From Chara braunii (Eukaryota; Plantae; Charophyceae): DNA of 64,000 nt. The position numbers were made by a program, and so were the translations under genes. The stretch lies in assembly GCA_003427395.1 (NCBI GenBank), contig BFEA01000033.1, forward strand, positions 2,737,568 to 2,801,567, read 5' to 3'. Shown piece by piece: positions 10,920 to 22,659 of this stretch. The notes beneath the pieces are model-generated. The model saw only the letters and a program-made list of their open reading frames with translations, did no database searches and had not been told where the DNA came from. Within the stretch, counting starts at the first letter, position 1. Every line of letters starts with the position of its first letter.

Positions 10920-11184
10920 NNNNNNNNNNNNNNNNNNNNNNNNNNNNNNNNNNNNNNNNNNNNNNNNNNNNNNNNNNNNNNNNNNNNNNNNNNNNNNNNN
11001 NNNNNNNNNNNNNNNNNNNNNNNNNNNNNNNNNNNNNNNNNNNNNNNNNNNNNNNNNNNNNNNNNNNNNNNNNNNNNNNNNNNNNNNNNNNNNNNNNNNN
11101 NNNNNNNNNNNNNNNNNNNNNNNNNNNNNNNNNNNNNNNNNNNNNNNNNNNNNNNNNNNNNNNNNNNNNNNNNNNNNNNNNNNN

Positions 11185-11940
11185 CTGACCTCTTCCCTTG
11201 CTCCGTACCCCGCCCAACCTCTGCCCTCCCTCCTCCTTCCATCTGCCCTCCCTCCGCCCGACTTCACCCTGCCGTCTTTCCCCTTCCCCCCGGCCTCCTT
11301 CCACCTCATCCTCTTCCTCTTCACGCTTTTTCCTCCCCCTTACCTCTTCCCTTCCTCCATACGTGACTCAACCTCTGAACTACCTTCAGCTATCTGTCCT
11401 CCCTTCGCCCTACTTCTCCCTGCCGCCTCCCTTTTCTCCAGGCCTCGCTCTGGATCTTCTCTTAAGACCTCCCTCTGCCCTCCCTTCGCCTGGCCACCTC
11501 ACTCCCCTTCCTTCGCCAAATCTTTTTCTGACCTCCTTCCCTCTATCTCCTCCTTCCTCCTCCTTCCTCCGCCCGATTTGTACTGACCTCCACCTTCCCC
11601 CAATCTCCTTCCTCCCCTTCCTTCCTTGGCCCGATCTCCACCTGACCTCCTGCTTCCGCCCTACTCTCTCCCGCCTTTCCCCTTCTTCCTACAGCCCTCC
11701 TCCCCACCACCTCTTCAACCTCCCTCTGGCCTCCGTCCCTCTTCAACCTCCCTCTGGCCTCCGTCCACCTGGCCGCCTCATTCCCCTTCCTTCGCCCCCT
11801 TCGTTCGCCCAATCTGTCTGACCACCTCCTTTTCCCAATCTCCTTCCTCCCCCTCCCTCAGCCCGATCACCACCTGACCTCCTCCTCCCATTCCTCCCTC
11901 CGTCCTACTCCCTACCTCCCCCTTCCTCCCTCTACCGGCC
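11185..11940. repeat. Polypyrimidine low-complexity tract
   Basis: CCT/CTT-rich sequence next to (CT)n microsatellites and an N gap. Confidence 0.8.
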
Positions 11941-12395
11941 GCACCTCCGTAACGCCCGACCTAAGAAGTGCTCCTTTTGCTTTATCCGGTGACGTCAACG
12001 CTCCATCTGTTATCAAAATCGCTCCATTTCTTTTAAAGGTCTCAACACGGTTGCACACGGGCAAGAAGGCGAGGAGAGGGAAATCAGGAGAGAGAGAAAA
12101 ATGCATTTCACCTATAACACACTTCCTCCTCTCGCTCTTCCTTCCTCGCATCTTCTTTGTCCTTGTCGTCTGTCTCCTCCACCACCAAACGTACGTCTCC
12201 TGTCTGTCTCCTCCACCACCAAACGTACGTCTCCTGCCTCCTCAAGATCTTCCTCCTCAACATTCTCCCTCGGTCTTTTCTCTTTCGAGCGGCTTTATGA
12301 TTAACTGCCCTGCGCCAGGTATTTCAGGCTATATATCGACATTTCTTTCCATGTTTCACCCTCTTCCTTCCCAATCCCTACACCCACCACATTGT

Positions 12396-12467
<72 letters not shown>

Positions 12468-13817
12468 GGATGAATGAAAGGATACAAAAAAGGTCGTAAT
12501 ATAAATCCATGGAAGGAAAATGAATACTACATACAACCTTGGGCCGAGCAAGATCTTCAAACTCGAATATAAAGCCACACCGTCTCACACGGCGGGAATA
12601 AAAAGGATATACCTAACAGACAGTCAGAAAGAAAAATTCAGCACAAGTTCGCCTAGGAAACGTACCGACCAAATAGAAAGTGGAATCGATTTCTCAACTC
12701 ATGAGATTCTATCCAAGGACATGAATCGATACAGCACGCGGAAATTTGCGGAAATTTGAAAACATATAAACAACGCAAGCAAAGATGAAAAGCATTAATC
12801 AAAAAAAAAAAAAAAAAAAGCATTAATCCGAATCCTGAATTCCAAAATGTAAAAATTCAGCAACAGGGATAGAACATGGGATAGAATTGAGGCCGGATAC
12901 GTACCTTGATACTTCATCATTGGACATAACGGCGCAAGGAACTTCTCGTCGGAAACGAATGAATACTTGGCCATATCGAGGCCAGGAGAGCATTTGGAAG
13001 ACCGAAATCATGAGCGACGACCAGGAGAGGAAAGGAATACTCGGACATATCGCGACCAGATACTTCATGGGATGTAAAGACGCAAAGTTTTGTGCAGAGA
13101 GATTGTTTCGACATATCGCGATCAGGAGAACATCTGGATGCTGAAATCCATCAACGGCGACGAAGATACGACGATGATGATGAGAGGAGACTGCAAGGAA
13201 TAAGGAATAGGGTTCAGCTGGACGGAGAAGTATCTGGGCCATACATGGGACAAAGGGTATAAGTTGTCACAAAGTTGTCAGAGCGCAAAAGCGAAAGGAA
13301 AACAGAAGAAAAAAAAAATAAATCATTTTTTAAAAACCTTCTTCCTTAGAACTGGCCCTGTTCAGAACCTCTTGGGTACAAGGCCGCCCGCATGGGTGTA
13401 GATTGAACGGCGGCGGCTGCCCCCACCCCCGTGGGTCATATCTACCCACTTGCACATAGTCAAAAGGCGAAGAGGCAATGAAAAGAGGAAGGGGGAGCAG
13501 CCTAACATTACAGAACAGGGGGCAAACAAATCCTAGATGACAAGTCCCACATGCAAACACCGCCCCCACGTGACAGGTCAAACGACGGGACAAACCAGCC
13601 AGGATTCAAAACACGATAAAACCTTCGACACCACCAACAGATGTCCATAAACGGCTGGAAAGATTTGCGCAGAGAGGTAGAAGGGTAATCGCGATTGTGC
13701 TAGTCGCATGCCATGGACAGGACGTGTATCCCTGTGAAAGTAAAGCGTCGCACGTGTCGTCCAATATTGCAAGTGTGTGTGTGTGTGTACGTGTCGTCCA
13801 ATATTGCAAGTGTGTGT

Positions 13818-13894
<77 letters not shown>

Positions 13895-14272
13895 GTGTGT
13901 GCGTCTGTGTGCGACCGCACCCGCGAGAGAACACGCTCGCCCTTATACACATCGGAAAATAAAATGTGGCGCTAAGCCTTACGCAAATTGAGAAAGATAA
14001 GAAAAATGGAATACACTCTGTATATCGTCCCCAGATAAGGGAGCAAGAATAGAGGGAGGAGGGAGGGCCGAGGAAGGTAACGCCACCGGAGGAAGGAGGG
14101 AGAAAGCGAGGGAAGAAGGAAGGAGACAGGGAGGAAGGAGGGAGGGCCGATGGGCCAGGGGTGAGGGAGGGAGGAGAGAAGGTCGAGGCAGGAATGGAGG
14201 ACGGGCCGAGGGAGGGAAGAGAGAGAGTCGAGGCAGGAATGGAGGACAGGCTGAGGGAGGAGGAATGGTGAT

Positions 14273-14338
<66 letters not shown>

Positions 14339-14339
14339 N

Positions 14340-14411
<72 letters not shown>

Positions 14412-14899
14412 CCTCCCCTTCCCCCCATAGCCTGACCCGCTTGCCCGCAGTGACCCCCATCCCCCCATTATCTAGCTCCTCCCCGAAAAAGAGAAGGAAT
14501 GCAAGTTTTTTTTTTATGGTTTTTTCAAAAGGGGTTGGGGGTGTGGGTTCGAGGTGAAGTAGAACCACTCACTCGAGCAGGAATCCACGACGAAGCTCAA
14601 GTCGTCGGAGGACTGAGCAGGAACTCACGATCCACGCGCGAACCACACATTCAAAGAAAACACCAACTCACAAAGTACCAAGCACCAAAGCACTAAGCAC
14701 GGAGCACGGAGTACCAAGTCGCATGGACCACTGATTCACGAACCACGAAGCGCGAAGCACAATGCACCGAATCCACCATGCACCGAATTCACGATGATAC
14801 TCCAAGCCCCGAATCCACGAAGTAGCACGGACGAAGCACGCCGAAGCACGGACCACTTACTACGAAGCACCAAAACAAAGGCCGGCGGGGAGGGTGGGC

Positions 14900-15350
14900 A
14901 GAGAGAGAGAGAGAGAGTGCTGGCGGGACTAAGCACGTCGAGTAGGTGGGAGTAGGCCCGTAGCGAGTAGGCGAAAGCAGGGGCGGGAGTAGGCGCGGGA
15001 GTAGCCGTGGAGAGGCCGTAGACTCGTCAGTCGGCGTAGAGTGACGGTAGGCGCGTCGAGTACCCGTCGCCCACAAAAACCCTTTCCACGAAGTCACCGA
15101 AAACCAACGAAAACTGTTGGCAGCTGGGTCGTTTGTGGGCTGGGCGGGCCTTTTGAGGCCAACCGGTACATTTTCCTGCGAACGGCCCAGATTGCAGGCC
15201 AATCACCAACCGCGGACGGCCCGGATCGCAGCCGAGCCGAAAACCCTCAGACGGCTCGGATGGCAGCCGAAAACCCTCTAGACGGCTCGGATGGCAGCCG
15301 AAGCCCTCGGCCCTGTGAGTTAGGGCCGGGTTCTACAGAGGGGCGGAGAC
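14900..15350. promoter_or_regulatory. Candidate GC-rich bidirectional promoter between the - strand gene and the CPT gene
   Basis: CpG-rich island with TGGGCT/GGCCCA site II-like motifs, GGCCAATCA CCAAT box (about 15197) and AAACCCT telo-box-like motifs. A minus-strand GTAAGT donor lies at about 14855 and plus-strand GTAAGT donors at about 16041 and 16786. Confidence 0.35.
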
Positions 15351-15356
15351 CGTTCG

Positions 15357-15496
15357 TCACACGGGGGGGTCCCAATCCCGCCAGCTTTGGTGATTTTTCG
15401 TGCTCAGAATAATTCTTTAAAAATTCTCACACGGGGGGGTCCCAATCCCGCCAGCTTTGGTGATTTTTCGTGCTCAGAATAATTCTTTAAAAATTC
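15357..15496. repeat. Exact 70-bp tandem duplication
   Basis: TCACACGGGGGGGTCCCAATCCCGCC...TTAAAAATTC occurs twice in tandem (15357-15426 and 15427-15496). Confidence 0.9.
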
Positions 15497-16667
15497 GAGA
15501 ATTTGAGGGTCAGTAGATTAGGTCATGACCTTTCAAGGAAAAATATCAGAATAAATAAATAAAATAATTTTGACCGTGAAATAATTGCTGCATTTCCAAT
15601 TCTTTGATGCAAATTCCATTTTTGCTATTCCATTTTTGCTATTTACGGGTTTTCGTCCGTCTGCTGAAATACAGACCCGTGTTCGAACTTGGAAGCAGAT
15701 CAGTGAAGCATTTCTCCAGAAACAGACATGCTGGTTGGTTTCAACTCCCACGACATTAGTTTCATCTTTTGCAGATCTTTTGCAGAATCACGGTGGCAAC
15801 CGCAAGGGAGTTGTCTTTTCACCATCTATTATCAAAATCACAGTTGATTCTTTTTTTTTTAATACAGTCGGCCTGTTTCTTCTTTTCTTCTTTTCTTCTA
15901 TTCTTCTATTTTTTCAAGATCTACGGCGGGAGCATCTACTGAGCATTGTCGGCGGCCCATCGGGATACCATCGGGACTCACCCAGCAGGAAGCAGTCCCT
16001 CAGCAGTCCGACCTCCGCTACTTCCAGGTGTGGCAAGAGCGTAAGTAACTGGCGCAGGACTGGGCGCAGCAGACTGCGTCAACTCACGCTGCGCGCTCTC
16101 CGGATTCCTTCCGCCAGCTGCTGCGCCCATCGCGTAGGCAAACCTGCAAGTCACATCAAGACAGTCAGCCAGCCGCTTTTGAAGAAGGGTCGTTCATCAT
16201 CTCACCTTTCGGTGAAACAGCCCCACCCACCCTCGATTTTCCTGCGGTGTGTGGACCTGCAGCCCAACTCTATGAGTCTCTTCTGAGCAATCTGGCATCA
16301 TCCGCCGCTACTACATTTGCTATGCTATCTGGACTGGGCCTGGACAATACTACAATTCTGAATAACCTAGGGCTGGTCAGTTCCATGATAATATCTTATG
16401 GCTGAATCAACTCAATGGTGCATGTGGGACATGGGCCCCGGTCAGGGGACAACCGGTAGCATCATGGTCCCAACAGGACCAACCCCTGCGTATGCCCTCC
16501 GGGGCGAACGCCCACTTATCCTAATTCTCGATTTCCGACCTTCTATTCTGAAGATCAAAGGCCATAAATGAAGAACCTGGTCAAGTGGGACTTGGTCCCC
16601 TCCCCTACGAACATCATCAAACTCCGCTCACTACGTGGCGGGTGACAAGCATGCCCAGGAAGGTACA

Positions 16668-16736
16668 TGAGGCCAATGGGGATTGAACCCAAGACCTCCT
16701 GAATGCCACTGGCCAGCCTTACCAACTGAGCTTTCG
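16668..16736 (-). mobile_element. tRNA(Ala-like)-derived SINE head
   Basis: Reverse complement AAAGCTCAGTTGGTAAGGC...GCATTCAGGAGGTCTTGGGTTCAATCCC contains A and B boxes; same family as 26573-26640. Confidence 0.6.
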
Positions 16737-17089
16737 TAGGCTGGTGGATCCGTCGCTGTGCCGAATTCTGCCCTCGCGCTGCCCCGTAAGTAAGGAAACC
16801 TTCCTTTGCCTATGGCACTATGGGCAGTAGGCAGTGTTCAACCTACCCCTTGGGCTGGGGAGAGATCCGGGTTGGTTGGTGTTCCCCCGTACTACACATA
16901 CACTAGTGAGAGGATGAGATAGATGAGTACTAGCAAGAAAAATGAGATAGATGAGAAAAAAAACAACAACAACATCCGTTGCTGTGACGAATTAGTCTGT
17001 CAGCAGTGTCGTGCGTGAAGACGTGGGGAATCCCGTTCACACTCGGTCAAAAACGAAATAGGTGGGTACGCCCACGGTCGGGAAATCCA

Positions 17090-17158
<69 letters not shown>

Positions 17159-17212
17159 CCCGCGCCCTACATCCCTGCTTCCCTCCACTCATCCATCCGT
17201 TGTTTACGGCGC

Positions 17213-17249
<37 letters not shown>

Positions 17250-17587
17250 TCCCCCCGATAAGCATGTATATGCATGGAAAGGCGCGCAGCAAAGCTGAGA
17301 AACAGCTTCCCGCGTGAATCATCAATTCAATCAAATTGAGCACGCTACTACAGACACATACATTTGTGACGCAAGAGGTTTTGAACGGGGGAGTTGTAAG
17401 TAAGAAGATAAGAAATGAATTGATTTTTTTTTGTTCTTTTCGCTTTTGCGCTCTGATGTCTTTGTGACGATACATACAGATCTCATGGTCACCGCTGAAA
17501 ATCCAATCATGCCCGTCTCAAAATCAGTAGAAAACCATTTTCCATTTCCATGCTCCTTCGAAGGGTCCAAGTTGTACGTCTGGAAAC

Positions 17588-17690
<103 letters not shown>

Positions 17691-18081
17691 ATGGCCTCCC
17701 TTCTGCAGGTGAGATGCCAACGTTCAATTTGTGCTCTCCATACCCGCTCTTATTTTTTTCTTCCCCCCACCGATCCGCTCTTTCCCCACCCTCTTCTCTC
17801 CTCCTTCCCCTGTGTTTGTCCCCTCTATCTTCCCGTCTTTCTTCACCCCTTTCTCTCCTCCGTTGGGATCTTCTCCGGGCTCCTATTCCTCCAATACTCG
17901 ATGTTGCCCCTGCCGATCTGGTTATGTCCTTTCCTCTCTTCCTCTCGTCCGTCGCTCTTTCTCTCTTCGCTGCTCTCTCTTCCCATCACCTGCACATCCA
18001 CATTTACCCGATCCCTCTCGTTGATTCAGCCCTTTCGTCATTATCCTGCTCTACCCTTGTTCACTCCTTGCTTTACAACCC

Positions 18082-18112
<31 letters not shown>

Positions 18113-18403
18113 ACCCCTCCCCCCGCCCCCGCTCCGCGCCGAGCCCCTCTTCCTAGAGAGAGAGATTATACATTGAAGCCCCGGGAAAGTCGTTGATATG
18201 CTCTTTCTTTCTGTTAATTTGTGCGGGCGTAGCCGCCCTGGTCTTTCTTGTATATACCACGAGCATTGTTTTGTTTAATAAATATAACCTCTTTTTTTAA
18301 GGTTGTGTTTTTCTGACGTTGCATGCAATCTATCAATGTGTGCTCCCCGCCCTTCCTCCCCCCTACCCCTTCTCCCCCCGCCCCCATTTTTTTGTGTTCC
18401 AGG

Positions 18404-18526
18404 ATGCAGCGTAGTAATCGAATATCAGTACTATGGCTCCTTTCATACGTGCTACAAGCATTGGTCGATGTGCGGCACTGGCTTCTGGGGATCGTGGGGA
18501 AGATCGTACAAAAATGGGTCTACGAG
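18404..18526 (+). CDS. DHDDS: cis-prenyltransferase (dehydrodolichyl diphosphate synthase-type), coding exon 1
   Basis: Acceptor TGTTCCAG|G ATG and donor GAG|GTGTGT. Encodes MQRSNRISVLWLLSYVLQALVDVRHWLLGIVGKIVQKWVYE, which splices in phase 0 to VLKAGPMP, paralleling the DHDDS N-terminus ...[24 protein letters not shown]. Confidence 0.75.
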
Positions 18527-18676
18527 GTGTGTACAGCTTTTTTTTTTTTTTTTTTTTTTTTTAACATACAACATTTTTTTTCCTTCCATGTAGAATGACA
18601 TTTTTTTTTTTTTGAGGGGGGGGAAAGGATTTGCAATTTTTTGTAGAAAACGAATCCGTCGAAATAAAGAAATATA

Positions 18677-19089
18677 GTCCTTCGGGACATCTGTTAAAAT
18701 TGGAACATTGGTACACTCACAATCTGTCGAAATGTAAACCCAAGTTAAAAAAAGGAAAGAGAAAAAAAAGGGGGAAAAAAGGAAAAAAAAAGGGAAAAAA
18801 GAAAAAAAGAAATATAGACCCAAATTCGAATCCAGGTACGAACAGGGAAAGAAAGAAAAAAAAAGAAAAAGAGAAAAAAGAAATATAAACCCAAATTCGA
18901 ATCCAGGTACAAAAAGATGACCAGAATAAATCATTCTGAATGAAATACCTGGGCCCTGTTAGTTAAACGATGATATCTCAAGGCCGTCGCCCTTTCTAAA
19001 GGAGGGGAAAAAGGACCTCTGCAAATGGATGCTGACACGGATAAACTGAGGAATGGTCCAAAAAAAAAAAAAAAAAACGAAAAAAAAAA
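18677..19089 (+). pseudogene. U6: U6 snRNA retrocopy C, interrupted by a tRNA-SINE, in the CPT intron
   Basis: GTCCTTCGGGACATCTGTTAAAATTGGAACA (18677-18707), then GGACCTCTGCAAATGGATGCTGACACGGATAAACTGAGGAATGGTCC plus poly(A) (19013-19089). TSD-like flanks AATAAAGAAATA / AGTAAGGAAATA. Confidence 0.8.
18708..18996 (+). mobile_element. tRNA-derived SINE (family ending GTCGCCCTTT), internally duplicated
   Basis: TTGGTACACTCACAATCTGTCGAAATGTAAACCCAAG, two copies of CCCAAATTCGAATCCAGGTAC, then ATCATTCTGAA..TACCTGGG..ACGATGATATCTCAAGGCCGTCGCCCTTTC. Homologous to 37101-37255 and 40776-40931. Confidence 0.75.
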
Positions 19090-19265
19090 GAGTAAGGAAA
19101 TAAGCATGTGAGGGGGACGAGAGACCGAAATAATCTTCCGGTCATATGGGGTGTACCTGATGCTCTGCAGTGTGCAGGTGAATGATCTGCATCTTACCCT
19201 AGGTGGCGACCACATACGTTCTAGAAACGCAGGGCTGTATTTGTTTTGCTTTCAACCCATCCTGA

Positions 19266-19645
19266 CGCGGGTTAGGTTTGGCCCGGTAGATTAAGCTATT
19301 GGCTTAGGGCGTCGCTCCACTAACGAAATATTTTTCAAAATCAGAATGGATCTTCCCGTAGAACACGGGAATATACACGGGCATATTCTTTTATCTTTTG
19401 TGCATGTGGTCAGTAGATAAGCTAACCCGGGTTAGGTTTGGCGCTTTAGATAAAGCTATTCGCTTCCGGGCCTCGCTTCACTACTCACCTAATATTTTCC
19501 AGAGATGAGAATGGATCTTTCGCTAGAACATGGGAAAATACACTGGCATATTTTTTGTCTTTTGTGGTGCATGTGATGAGTAGATCAGAAGCTGTCGCTC
19601 CACTACGCACCGAATGTTTTTCAGAAGTGAGAATGAATCTTCCGC
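19266..19645. repeat. Degenerate ~160-bp tandem repeat (about 2.5 copies)
   Basis: CGGGTTAGGTTTGGC...AAGCTATT...CACTA...AGAATGGATCTT...TAGAACA.GGGAA...GGCATATT recurs in tandem. Confidence 0.8.
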
Positions 19646-19734
19646 CTGGCTGCACGCGACGATGTTGAATGCCGATCAGCAACTGCATTGACGACATTCA
19701 CTGACAACAACAAGCATAGACGCGAAACCTCCTC

Positions 19735-20310
19735 CTAGCCTCCCCCTTTTCTCCTCCTCCTTCCTCGACCTCCTCCGTTTCTCCTCCTCCTTCCTCTACC
19801 TCCTCCTTTTCTCCTCCTCCTTCCTCTACCTCCTCCAACCCTCCTCCTTTTCTCCTCTCGCTATTCGGATGCTCTGGTAGACGAAGGAGGAGAAGAAAAG
19901 GAGGAGGGAAAGAGGAGGAGAAAAGGAGGAGGGAAGGAGGAGGAGAAAAGGAGGAGGGAAGGAGGAGGAGAAAAGGAGGAGAAAAGGAGGAGAAAAGGAG
20001 GGAAGGAGGAGGGAAAGAGGAGGAGAAAAAGAGGAGGGAAGGAGGAGGAGAAAAGGAGGGAGAAAAGGAGGAGGGAAGGAGGAGGAGAAAAGGAGGAGAA
20101 AAGGAGGGAAGGAGGAGGGAAAGAGGAGGAGAAAAAGAGGAGGGAAGGAGGAGGAGAAAAGGAGGAGGGAAGGAGGAGGAGAAAAGGAGGAGGTAAGGAG
20201 GAGGAGAAAAGTAGGAGAAAAGGAGGGAAGGAGGAGGAGAAAAGGAGGAGAAAGGGAGGGAAGGAGGAGGAGGAGAAAAGGAGGAGAAAAGGAGGGAAGG
20301 GAGGAGGTAG
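19735..20310. repeat. GGA/GAAAA purine minisatellite
   Basis: Iterated GGAGGAGAAAAGGAGGAGGGAA units, preceded by the complementary CCT units. Confidence 0.9.
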
Positions 20311-20375
20311 AAAGAACAACATAGGGCGAGATAGAGGAGAGAAGGATATCCAGGATAGGAAGACACACAGTACTA

Positions 20376-20480
20376 CCGTCTTCCCCCGAACACAACACAC
20401 CCTGAAAATGAATGTATACAAGCGATGTTTTTGGCCAGATACGGTCAGAATGAGGGTGCGTTGTGTCCGGGGGAAGACGG
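20376..20480. mobile_element. Tc1/mariner(pogo)-like MITE, 105 bp
   Basis: TIRs CCGTCTTCCCCCGAACACAAC and GTTGTGTCCGGGGGAAGACGG; TA on both flanks. Confidence 0.85.
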
Positions 20481-21152
20481 TAGTAGTAAGACCATAGGCG
20501 CGAAACCAGCCAGGGAGGGAGGAGGAGGAGGAGGAGGAGGAGGAGGGAGGAGGCAGAGGAAGGAGGAGAAAAAGGAGGAGGGAAGGAAGGAGGTAGAAAG
20601 ACTACAGTAGATTGGGCGAGATAGAGGAGAGCAAGACACAAACAGCAGAAGAAGAAGTAAGACGCAAGGATATGGAAAAGAGAGAGAGAGGGGAGAGGGG
20701 GGGACTGTTGGCTCAGATTCTGTGAATCGAAATTCTTTTTGTCGTTTTCCTTCTTTTGGTTGCAGCTTTTGAAGGCAGGCATTGGGCCTCCCTCCACTAC
20801 TCTCCACATGCATGAAAGACAAGAAAATGACCATGTAACTTTCCATCATTTATAAACTTTCCATTTATAAAATTTCCATTTTCTAGTGGAAGATTCATTC
20901 TCATTTTGCACATTTGGTGAGTAGTGGAGTGAGGCCCATTGAGAAGTGGGGCTTTGGCTCAAGAGGCTGTGAGATAAAATTATTTTTGCCGTTTTCCCTT
21001 TCTCTCTTGGTTGCAGGTTTGGAAGGCAGGCTTTTTTTTTTTTTTTTTTTTTTTTTTGTGAAAGAAGGCAGGCATTTAGAAATGGGGCTTTGCTTTGAGA
21101 CCATGAATTTCAAATTTCTCTTTGTCGTTTTCTGTCTTTTTTTTGTGTGCAG

Positions 21153-22445
21153 GTTTTAAAAGCAGGGCCTATGCCAACGCATATAGGGTTCATCATGGAC
21201 GGCAATCGTCGATTTGCGAAGCGTTCTAATCTGGACCGGCACGTTGGCCATGTCATGGGATTCGATCGACTGATGGAAACCCTGAAGAGTTGTCTCAGCT
21301 TAGGCGTGCAGTACATCTCTGCGTACGCCTTTGCGATCGATAACTTCAGCCGCTCGCCAGAAGAGGTCAGCGCACTTATGACACTTATGAAAGAGAAGCT
21401 GGAGTCTTTGATGGAGCATCAGTCGGCAATCAAGGAGGGTGGAGTACGTATCAACGTGTTGGGAGACTTGTCTCTTCTGCCTGAAGATGTCCGCCAAGCG
21501 GCAGAGCGGGTAATGACGGCGACAGCGCACAACACTCGATTGGTGTTTAATGTCTTGATTGCCTATTCAGGAAAGGCAGAGATTGTGAGTGCCGTTCAAT
21601 CTTTGTGCAGCGAAGTACTTGAGGAGGAAGAGCAGGAGAAGAAGAAACAGGAAGAACAAGAAGAGGAGGAGGAGGAGGAGGAAGGAGAGGATTGTTGCAA
21701 TGATACATGCAATGGTACTCACGAATTGCAAGGGAACGGGCATTATGCGAATGACCTGTGCGAGAGTCCACCGCCGCGTTTGCGCCAGAAAGTAACAGAG
21801 GTGGGGGAAGGCAGGATCAAGCGAGGAGTGCAAAGCACAGCTGTAGAGTGTAATGGTCATCAAGGCGTTCGCCGCAAGCTATCTTGCAGTGACAATTGTG
21901 CTGTTCAGTGTGCGGTTGGCGAGGTTAACGGGCTGTCGGCGTCGGCGTTGTCGACATGTGGAGTAGAAGGGGAGGAGGAGGAGGAGGAGGAGGGGGAGGA
22001 GGAGGGGGAGGAGGAGGAGGAGGAAGAGGAGGAGGAGGAAGAAGAGGAGGAGGAGGAGGAGGAGGAGGGGGAGGAGGAGGGGGAGGAGGAGGAGGAGGAG
22101 AGGGGAGGGAGGTGTTTGGGAAAAGTTCCATGGGCAGAGACAGGAAGGTGTAGTAGTAGTAGAGTAGAGGGACTAACTGAGGATGCCTTTGATCAGTGGA
22201 TGTATACCTCAGGATGTCCTTATCCTGATTTGATTATCAGAACATCAGGTGAGATTAGGTTGAGTAATTTCTTGTCATGGCAGTCATGTGATGCGCACCT
22301 GATATTCTGCAAAGTACTATGGCCGGCCTTCTCCTGGTATCATTTGCTGTGGGCTATACTGCAATTCCAACTAGCATATCCACAGCTGATCAAGCAGAGG
22401 GATCTGCGACTTGCATCTCGTAATGGGGCCTGTTCCAGTCCTTAA
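21153..22445 (+). CDS. DHDDS: cis-prenyltransferase (dehydrodolichyl diphosphate synthase-type), coding exon 2
   Basis: Conserved cis-PT regions: [49 protein letters not shown] and [20 protein letters not shown]...LWPAFS. Acceptor TGTGCAG at 21152; stop TAA at 22445; Glu-rich insertion between regions IV and V. Confidence 0.95.
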   Translation, partial: [430 protein letters not shown]

Positions 22446-22659
22446 AAAAAAAAAAAAAAAAAAATGCATTACAGGCTGGGAACTGGAATAGAGTTCGTTT
22501 TACAGTTTGTGAGAAGAAAAGGTCCAGTACAGTTTTTGAAGTTCCCCNCCCCCCCCCCCCCNCTCCNCCCCTTTTATAAATTGAAGTGCCAACCCTTTGA
22601 ATGTCAGCGAAAGAGTGGTTGTCCTAATTTCTTGCCCCCTGATCAGACTCAATCAGATA

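Noticed and set aside
10512-14568. Long ORFs rich in RE/SL/HT/CV/P, or spanning N gaps (here and throughout the window)
   Set aside because: These are translations of (GA)n, (CA)n and polypyrimidine tracts or of gaps, not coding sequence.
14755-14780. AGCACAATGCACCGAATCC resembling the 5S rRNA 5' end
   Set aside because: Short match embedded in a local GAAGCAC/CCACGA repetitive tract, with no further 5S similarity.
17691-17708. ATGGCCTCCCTTCTGCAG|GTGAG as the CPT start exon
   Set aside because: Exon 18404-18526 gives a much better DHDDS-like N-terminus. Spliced to 18403, this ATG is out of frame, so it is at most a 5' UTR exon or uORF.
22418-22445. C-terminal RNG / CSSP of CPT as an RxG motif or CaaX box
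   Set aside because: The position and context do not match the homomeric RRFG motif, and CSSP is not a canonical CaaX.
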